Below are positions 17,598 through 24,000 of a stretch of DNA of 24,000 nucleotides, one piece after another. The first letter of the stretch is position 1. Every line of letters begins with the position of its first letter. The DNA is from Desulfonispora thiosulfatigenes DSM 11270 (GTDB lineage: Bacteria; Bacillota; Peptococcia; Peptococcales; Desulfonisporaceae). Location: contig NZ_FWWT01000016.1 in assembly GCF_900176035.1 (NCBI RefSeq), positions 56,409 to 80,408 of the forward strand. The letters are read 5' to 3'. The notes under the pieces are model-generated. The model did no database searches and was not told the DNA's origin. It saw nothing but the letters and a program-made list of their open reading frames with translations. A program made the translations under genes and the position numbers.

Positions 17598-19448
17598 ATG
17601 AAATCTACGAAATCTAGAGTATTTACTTATATGCTTATTCTGACATTAATATTCTCATTATCTATTCCTGGCCTTGCCGCAGGTGCTGAACCATCTAAGG
17701 GTGAAAAGAAAAAATCACAGAAAATTGAAGCGGATATAATCTATTATAATGGAGATATAGTTACTGTTGATAAAAACATGAGTTCTGCCGAAGCAGTAGC
17801 AGTTGTTGGTAATGAAATTGTGGCTGTGGGTAAAATGGGGGATATAATGCCCTTATCTGGGAAGAATACTAAGAAGATAAATCTTCAAGGCAAAACTATG
17901 TTACCAGGATTTTATGACGCTCATAGTCATTTCTTGTCTACTGGAATAAGCCTTCTTACATCTGTACAACTACAAAGCCCACCGATTGGAACTATAAAAA
18001 ATATGGATCAATTGCTTGCTGCTTTATCCGAAAGGGCTAAAACTATAAAGCCAGGTGAATGGATTATCGGTAGAGGTTATGATGATGGAGGATTAGAAGA
18101 AGGCCGTCATCCAACTCGTGAGGATTTAGATAAAGTATCCACAGAGATTCCGATTGTTATTACTCATTTCTCTGGTCACAATTCTGTAGTTAACAGTAAG
18201 GCTCTAGAAATTGGTGGAATCACTAAAGATACTCCTAATCCAAGTGGTTCAGAAATAGGTCACTTTGCTGATGGAAGCCCAAATGGACAGTTATGGGAGC
18301 TAAATGCTATGAAAATGGTAAGCGATCATATTCCTCCAGTTACACAGCAGCAGCGGTTAGAGGCTATTGCTTTAGTTAGTGATATTTATGCTGCAAAAGG
18401 AGTAACGACTGCAAATGATGGAGCAGGATCTGACTTTGAGCTTTTCAAAAAAGCTCTTGATAATAATTATTTGAAAATCAGATCAACTTTATGGTTTGGA
18501 TCTGTAGATGCTGCGAAAAAAGCTTATGATCAGTTTGGAGGAAAAGAGGTCAGAGGCAAAAACCAATACTATAAAGACTTGGTTGTCTTAAATGGAGTTA
18601 AATATTTCCAAGATGGATCACCCCAGCTTAGGACAGCACATTTGACTGATCCTTACTTTACAACAGGGGAATATCCTGAGGATTGGGTTGCTTATCCTAC
18701 TTATACCCAAGAGGAGCTCAATGAAAAAATTATAGAAACTCATCAAGCTGGTTTTAATCAAATCTATGTTCATACTAATGGTGACGCTGCTATAGATGCT
18801 TTAATAAATGCTTACGAAGAGGTAAGAAAACCTGAGTATAGACAGCCAGCTAAGCCTAGTGATTTACGACACACTCTTATTCATACCCAATTTAGTAGAG
18901 AAGATCAATTTGACCGTATGAAAGATTTGGGTCTCATACCCTCATTCTTAATGCATCACGCTTATTACTTAGGTGATAGACATATGGCAGAATATTTTGG
19001 ACCTGAAAGATCTTATCGTATGAGTGCTACAAAAGATGCTGCCAATCGCGATTTACCATTTACTTTACACTGTGATACACCAGTATTTCCACAAGATCCA
19101 CTTCATATAATGTGGGGAGCAGTAAATAGACTTTCTTTTACCGGTCAAGAAATATTCACTGAAAATTATAAAGAAGGCACAAAATATCGTTCAGTTGACC
19201 AAAGAATAACTCCAGAGCAAGCTTTACGTGGTATAACAATAAATGCTGCGTATCAAGACGCTGAAGAAAATATTACAGGCTCAATTGAAGTAGGTAAAAG
19301 AGCAGACTTTGTAATTCTTGCTGAAAATCCATTAAAAGTTGATAAAATGCACATAAAAGATATTAAAGTACTTGAAACTATAGTAGGTGGCAAAACAGTT
19401 TTTAAAGACGACAGCAAAAACAAAGATAAAGACAAAAAACAAAAGTAA
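17598..19448 (+). CDS. secreted/lipid-independent YtcJ-like amidohydrolase (Amidohydro_3 family)
   Basis: MKSTKSRVFTYMLILTLIFSLSIPGLAAGAEPS signal peptide; DAHSHFLSTG, HFSGHNSVVNSKAL, VHTNGDAAIDAL, HCDTPVFP motifs. AAGGAG RBS best fits ATG 17598 rather than the tracked 17577. Confidence 0.88.
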   Translation: MKSTKSRVFTYMLILTLIFSLSIPGLAAGAEPSKGEKKKSQKIEADIIYYNGDIVTVDKNMSSAEAVAVVGNEIVAVGKMGDIMPLSGKNTKKINLQGKTMLPGFYDAHSHFLSTGISLLTSVQLQSPPIGTIKNMDQLLAALSERAKTIKPGEWIIGRGYDDGGLEEGRHPTREDLDKVSTEIPIVITHFSGHNSVVNSKALEIGGITKDTPNPSGSEIGHFADGSPNGQLWELNAMKMVSDHIPPVTQQQRLEAIALVSDIYAAKGVTTANDGAGSDFELFKKALDNNYLKIRSTLWFGSVDAAKKAYDQFGGKEVRGKNQYYKDLVVLNGVKYFQDGSPQLRTAHLTDPYFTTGEYPEDWVAYPTYTQEELNEKIIETHQAGFNQIYVHTNGDAAIDALINAYEEVRKPEYRQPAKPSDLRHTLIHTQFSREDQFDRMKDLGLIPSFLMHHAYYLGDRHMAEYFGPERSYRMSATKDAANRDLPFTLHCDTPVFPQDPLHIMWGAVNRLSFTGQEIFTENYKEGTKYRSVDQRITPEQALRGITINAAYQDAEENITGSIEVGKRADFVILAENPLKVDKMHIKDIKVLETIVGGKTVFKDDSKNKDKDKKQK

Positions 19449-19586
19449 AGATAAAGACGCAGGCAAAGGCAAAAATAACTTATAAAAGGCTACCAGCTTA
19501 AACCTCGTTATTTTTGTTTTAGAGCCTGTGAAATAATTTTCCAGGCTCAATATTTTCTCTAAATTAGCGTATATTTTAATCCCCAG

Positions 19587-19625
19587 CCCCAGTAGAAAGC
19601 AAATTAACCATGCTTTCTACTGGGG
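19587..19625. repeat. orphan copy of the IS66 remnant's 3' hairpin
   Basis: CCCCAGTAGAAAGCAAATTAACCATGCTTTCTACTGGGG; matches 6009-6048 CCCCAGTAGAAAGCAAATATTAACTATGCTTACTACTGGG. Confidence 0.65.
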
Positions 19626-20035
19626 TTATTTGCACTAGGGTTACGAATCTCTGATCCTTAAAGGCTAGATAGTGAAGGGCAAATAAACCAAAAGAGATGA
19701 AGAAATGAAAAAACTATCCATTGATATATAAACATTTAGTAGTGCCTAAAACTAGAAAATGGGGCGAGTAAAAGTATTAACTAGGCCCAAGAATTCCCTT
19801 AAATGCCGAGGGCTTTTAAACTAGTTATTATATGAAGGATTAAACCAGTATTGGTGCCAACTACCCTTTAACTAAAAAGGAAATGCGTAATAATGGATTA
19901 AAAAATAAGATAAAGGCAATGATAAATATAAAGAGATTAATTTATAATCTATAAGGGATTTCTTTATAATCTATGCTAATATCACGGGGTTAAATATTCG
20001 TGGTATTAAATATTTGTGTTATTGGGGGGATAAAG

Positions 20036-20734
20036 ATGGGATTTATAATGTTTTTTCCCTTATTATTTTTTGCACTGCTATTATTGCCTAAGTATTTTAC
20101 ATACCAAAAATCAAGCTATAAAACCGAGACTGGAAATAGCTTTTTTAAGACCTTATTTGACAAAGGTAACTACGGCGAATTTTTAACATTTTCATATCTT
20201 GAAAAGCTAAAAGGTTACCATAAAATCATGGCTAACTTATACATACCAAAAGAAGATGGAACCACTACGGAAGTTGATGTACTAATGATCACTGAGAAGG
20301 GTATATTTGTTTTTGAATCCAAGAATTATAGTGGGTGGATATTTGGTGATGAAAAGAATAAGACCTGGACTCAATCTCTCCCAAATAAATCTAAAAATCG
20401 ATTTTTCAACCCAATATGGCAAAATGCTGGGCATATTAGCGCAGTCAAAAAAACCTTAGACTCTTGTGATAAATGTTTGTTTAGATCTTATATTATATTT
20501 AGCGAGCGTTGTACTTTAAAAAAAATTGCAGTTAATTCTCAAGACATTAAAGTGATTAAGCGAAATGAGTTACTTAAAACTATTAAAAAAGATTTAGAGC
20601 ATTTACAGCATATTCTCTCAAAAGAAGAAGTGGACAATCTCTATCTAAAATTAAAATCTTATGCTTGCGTTGATGATGCTGTTAAAAGTGCACATATAGA
20701 AAATATAGAAAATCTCCACTTAGAACGTCGATAA
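20036..20734 (+). CDS. NERD-domain (nuclease-related) protein with N-terminal TM segment
   Basis: GNYGEFLTFSYLEKLKGYHKIMANLYIPKEDGTTTEVDVLMITEKGIFVFESKNYSGWIFG...W; GGGGGA before ATG 20036. Confidence 0.85.
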   Translation: MGFIMFFPLLFFALLLLPKYFTYQKSSYKTETGNSFFKTLFDKGNYGEFLTFSYLEKLKGYHKIMANLYIPKEDGTTTEVDVLMITEKGIFVFESKNYSGWIFGDEKNKTWTQSLPNKSKNRFFNPIWQNAGHISAVKKTLDSCDKCLFRSYIIFSERCTLKKIAVNSQDIKVIKRNELLKTIKKDLEHLQHILSKEEVDNLYLKLKSYACVDDAVKSAHIENIENLHLERR

Positions 20735-20815
20735 AATAATTAATAAGCAGCTACCTAAAATAGAGTAGTAATGATAAAATTAAACTAATAGTAGAACAAG
20801 AAAAAAGGTGAGCCA

Positions 20816-21362
20816 TTGGATAACGAAAATAATAAAAATAATATAAAAGACACAAACGAACTATCTAAACCACATGACATTACAAATGTTACCCGTACTA
20901 AGACATGAATTCATAAATATCCGAGAATACACTGAAAAGGACATTAAACAATACAATCCAGTTACCAGAATGGTACTAAGATCATTAAAATATATATTTG
21001 AAGACAAAGAAAAACTAATAGAAGCATTTGTAATATCAGTAGATGAAATAGAATCCACAGTAACAGAAGAAGAATTTAATAAATATATCGACATATTATT
21101 AATATATTATTCGTCAGTAAATAAAAACTTAACAGAAGAAGATATATTAAGGAAAGTTCAAGAACTAGGAGGAAAGGGGGAGAGAATTATGACAATCTTA
21201 CAAGAGCGAGAACAAAAAGGAATAGAAAAAGGAATACAGCAAGGAATAATTGAAATGACTAAAAACCTAATTAGAGATGGCGTAGATATAGAACTCATAA
21301 TAAAAGCATCTAAACTAAGTAGAGAAAAAATCGAAGATATACGAGAGGAAATGTTAAATTAA
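20816..21362 (+). pseudogene. Rpn-family recombination-promoting nuclease / PD-(D/E)XK transposase-like gene, nuclease domain deleted
   Basis: N-terminal tag DNENNKNNIKDTNELSKPHD then directly MLPVLRHEFINIREYTEKDIKQYNPVTRMVLRSLKYIF...GIEKGIQQGIIEMTKNLIRDGVDIELIIKASKLSREKIEDI, the C-terminal signature. Confidence 0.65.
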
Positions 21363-21405
21363 GAGCCTGTGAAGCCGAGTCTGTGAAATAATTTCACAGG
21401 CTCTT
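21361..21405 (+). terminator. terminator-like hairpin
   Basis: AAGAGCCTGTGAA ... TTCACAGGCTCTT, 13-bp perfect stem; related sequence at about 19540. Confidence 0.6.
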
Positions 21406-21676
21406 AATTTTTAAATTCAATTAATAATTTTCCTAATCTTTAACCCCAAAAATCATCTTCAACTATGAACTTAATAAAACTTATCTCTCATATTAAGAAC
21501 ATTGATTCCAAATAAGTAGGATTTAAGACTAAAGTAGTAGAAATATATATACATATTATAATATACAGCTAATAGTTAATGCTGATAGCTCAAAAATTAC
21601 AAAGGAGGATATTAAGTTTATTTTCCTGATTTTTTGGGTGATATGATAAATCATAAAAATGGAGGGGTTAAAGATG

Positions 21677-21937
21677 ATGAAATTAGAAATTTCCGAAAAT
21701 TCAGCAAATTATTTCGAACGTGAAGTAAAAAATGAGTTTAACTGGTCAATGCTTTTCTTGATGCCTTTTAAATACCTATTCAATGCTCTTATTGCAGTTT
21801 GTCTTGCGTGGTTTTTTATACCTGTATTTATAGGCGCTATTATATTCGGAATATTTGGAATTTTCGCATGGTTTATAACTAAAACATTGAGAATTAGAAC
21901 CAAAGAGAGAAAACACACAGAGTCCAGTTTGTCTTAA
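21677..21937 (+). CDS. small membrane protein
   Basis: GGAGGGG RBS; MKLEISENSANYFEREVKNEFNWSMLFLMPFKYLFNALIAVCLAWFFIPVFIGAIIFGIFGIFAWFITKTLRIRTKERKH. Confidence 0.6.
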   Translation: MKLEISENSANYFEREVKNEFNWSMLFLMPFKYLFNALIAVCLAWFFIPVFIGAIIFGIFGIFAWFITKTLRIRTKERKHTESSLS

Positions 21938-22009
21938 TTTAAAAAATCCTATCCAAAAGTCTTATACAATATAAGGCAGAGGCTTTACACTAGCATCTGC
22001 TTTAGCAGA

Positions 22010-22047
22010 AACATAGTCAAAATTAACTAAATGACTATGTTTTTTTA
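22010..22047. repeat. terminator-like small palindrome, copy C
   Basis: aacatagtcaaaattaactaaatgactatgttttttt. Confidence 0.65.
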
Positions 22048-22129
22048 TTTATAAGAAGATAAAATTGAACTTATTTTTGATAAACTAATAAAAAGGGAGA
22101 CGTACATTTATCTTACGCCTCCCTTAAAA

Positions 22130-23416
22130 TTACCTTGCCACTTTTCTTTTTAACATCAAAATCATTGCCGCACTAAATAAGCTCGAAATGGCTGCTACCA
22201 TGAATGGAGTGGTAAATTTCCCTGTTAAATCCATGAAGTAACCAGCAACATATGAAGAAAGTATTGCCCCCATTCCAAATCCTGTTAAAACCAGCCCATA
22301 ATTTATGCCCATATGCTTAGTGCCCCATAAATCAGCAGCTAAAGAAGGGAATACCCCTAAAAATCCACCATATGAAAACCCTACAATAGCGATTAAAAAC
22401 AAGATAAGGTATGATTTTGCAGCAGCAACAAATAAAATACTAACACCCGCTACAATCATGAGTATTAAGAGTGTATTTTCCCGGCCTATTTTATCTGAAA
22501 CGTAGCCCCAAAAAAGCCTACCAAAAGAGTTAAAGATAGCAATAACCATTACCCCCACAGTGGCTACATTGTCAGTAAGACCCCCAGATAGGCCTAGCAC
22601 CTTTGCAAAAGGAATAACCATAAGCCCTGCCATACTAGCTAACATAAAAGAAAAGGTGATGAGATAAAACTGGCTCGACCTTAAAACCTGTCCAGGCGTG
22701 AAGTCTTGCCCCTTTTTAGAGCTTTGATTTAGAGGAGGTGTCCAGCCAACTGGTTTATATCCCTCTGGAGGATTTTTCATAAACATTCCACCTACTACCG
22801 TCACGACTAAAAAGATTAAAGAAAGCCAAGCAAATGTCTCAAGTACGCCCACATTTTTCATTAAACTACGAGCTAAAGGCGTTAAAACTAATCCACCAAA
22901 ACCAAGTGCCGACACAATTAAGCCTGTGATTAATCCTCTTTTATCAGGAAACCATTTTTGACAAATAGCAATAGTCGCCGTGTAAACTGTTCCACTACCA
23001 AATCCGCCTAAAATTCCATAAGTCAGCCACATAATCCAAGGAGCTTTTGGACTAGCAAAAGATGCAAGGAGAAATCCTAAACTAATTATCACCCCGCCCC
23101 CAATTACTACCACCCGAGGACTAAGTTTTTCCTGAATAGCCCCACCTGCCATACTTCCAAAACTTAACATTCCCAATAAAAATGAAAAGGACAAAGCTGC
23201 ATTTTTCTGTGACCAATCTAAAACCTTCACAACCTCTGGCTGAAATACCCCCCAAATATAAGCAACCCCTAAACATAATTGAATAGCAAGACCAGCTAGC
23301 ACGATTAACCAGCGATTTGTGTTAACCTGACTCGATAATATTTGATTAGATTTAATATTACCATGCCCAGATTTAACATTAATATCCGTAGATTTTACAT
23401 TAACCTGTCTCTCCAT
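22130..23416 (-). CDS. OFA-type (oxalate/formate antiporter-like) MFS transporter
   Basis: 12-TM-like protein with LAIQLCLGVAYIWGVFQPEVVKVLDWSQKNAALSFSFLLGMLSFGSMAGG and GFGSGTVYTATIAICQKWFPDKRGLITGL. AAAGGGG RBS places the start at ATG 23416 rather than GTG 23425. Confidence 0.85.
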   Translation of the reverse strand: MERQVNVKSTDINVKSGHGNIKSNQILSSQVNTNRWLIVLAGLAIQLCLGVAYIWGVFQPEVVKVLDWSQKNAALSFSFLLGMLSFGSMAGGAIQEKLSPRVVVIGGGVIISLGFLLASFASPKAPWIMWLTYGILGGFGSGTVYTATIAICQKWFPDKRGLITGLIVSALGFGGLVLTPLARSLMKNVGVLETFAWLSLIFLVVTVVGGMFMKNPPEGYKPVGWTPPLNQSSKKGQDFTPGQVLRSSQFYLITFSFMLASMAGLMVIPFAKVLGLSGGLTDNVATVGVMVIAIFNSFGRLFWGYVSDKIGRENTLLILMIVAGVSILFVAAAKSYLILFLIAIVGFSYGGFLGVFPSLAADLWGTKHMGINYGLVLTGFGMGAILSSYVAGYFMDLTGKFTTPFMVAAISSLFSAAMILMLKRKVAR

Positions 23417-23531
23417 AAAAACCACCCCTTTGAATATTTAAAATTAACATTCTATTTTGAAAATTTAGACGTAAAGCATACTTCTTGGATTTACTTATCT
23501 CACCCCTTATTTTCAGTTTAAAAATAAAAAA

Positions 23532-23637
23532 AACCCTCCATCCCATAAAAGGGACGAAAGGTTCTATTTCGCGGTACCACTTCCCTGTAAAGCTGGGCAT
23601 CGCCTACTTTTCTTCATCATCGTGTTTACATATATTT
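23532..23637 (-). ncRNA. T-box leader element, apparently lacking most of Stem I and the Stem II/III region
   Basis: Minus strand: GATGATGAAGAAAAGTAG ... CAGGGAAGTGGTACCGCGAAATAGAACCTTTCGTCCCTTTTATGGGATGGAGGGTTTTTTT; T-box motif plus terminator. Confidence 0.85.
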
Positions 23638-23643
23638 TCATTA

Positions 23644-23672
23644 ATAGTAGATGGTTATTATGGTTTTGTCAA
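23644..23672 (-). promoter_or_regulatory. sigma-A-type promoter for the T-box leader
   Basis: Minus strand TTGACA - 17 nt - TACTAT. Confidence 0.8.
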
Positions 23673-23692
23673 TAGTAAATTAACTTTGGTAA

Positions 23693-23715
23693 CTGCGCCA
23701 GGCATTTAACCTATT
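23693..23715 (+). repeat. dispersed GTGCCAGGCAC-type repeat, copy 9
   Basis: ctgcgccaggcatttaacctatt. Confidence 0.5.
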
Positions 23716-23937
23716 CCCCAAAATTAATTTAGATGAGTATATAGCAAATTGAGTTTATAGCAAAATAAATATAAAAGGGTTTTAAATCTGAAGGATAGAA
23801 CTTAATTATTAAGAAGTTTCTAAAATATGAAGAAGTTTAGTATTATTAATGGGGACTTAAAAGAGTATAAATAGCTTATAATAAGAAAAGAGTACGTGTT
23901 TCTATAGAATTAAAGTGGGATGTTGATGCGTGTGAAA

Positions 23938-24000
23938 ATGAAAAAATTACAAGAGATCCTTAACGAAGGTGAAGGCATAACTGTTGAATTCAAGCAAAGT
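23938..24000 (+). CDS. N-terminus of AlbA_2/Schlafen-like putative DNA-binding/ATP-binding protein, partial
   Basis: MKKLQEILNEGEGITVEFKQS to window edge; the (V)EFK(x)S motif is characteristic. Confidence 0.6.
   Translation, partial: MKKLQEILNEGEGITVEFKQS

Noticed and set aside
19440-19485. Possible frameshifted Lys-rich extension of the amidohydrolase (KDKDAGKGKNNL)
   Set aside because: Low-complexity tail after a normal stop; the enzyme core is complete and the extension has no clear meaning.
22305-22505. Plus-strand ORF inside the MFS gene
   Set aside because: Antisense shadow ORF of a well-supported transporter gene.
23400-23709. ORFs 23400-23600(-) and 23485-23709(+) around the T-box
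   Set aside because: They overlap the T-box leader, terminator and promoter, which explain the sequence better; no family resemblance.
1-24000. CRISPR array
   Set aside because: No regularly spaced direct repeats; the dispersed GTGCCAGGCAC repeats are kilobases apart.
1-24000. tRNA or rRNA genes
   Set aside because: No cloverleaf-like segment or rRNA signature was seen by eye; a tRNAscan/Infernal run would be needed to be certain.

Overview
AT-rich Firmicutes/Clostridia-like accessory region (lineage inferred only from codon, RBS and protein character). The strongest candidate for a new system is a two-gene operon. Gene 1 (8190-10604) is a membrane-anchored KAP-like P-loop NTPase. Gene 2 (10661-13321) is a Cap4/DUF4297-like nuclease fused to a STAND-like NTPase. 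Downstream is an Abi_2 (AbiD/AbiF-like) gene with a probable CTG start and a 3' frameshift. The operon lies between two decayed IS66-family remnants and next to fragments of nucleotide-sugar genes (UDP-sugar epimerases, galU-like). Other recognisable content: partial YHYH-domain secreted protein, sigma-70-like factor behind a small ORF and hairpin, overlapping nucleotidyltransferase plus unknown partner, decayed two-component system, L-lactate dehydrogenase, secreted YtcJ-like amidohydrolase, NERD protein, Rpn-type fragment, OFA-like MFS transporter behind what looks like a T-box lacking most of Stem I, and the start of an AlbA_2/Schlafen-like gene at the right edge. A degenerate repeat (consensus about CCGTGCCAGGCACTTAACTTATTAACCTATTCAACATT) recurs about ten times, always in the same orientation. 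Many genes show small frameshifts or internal deletions. All assignments come from reading motifs; no database search was run.
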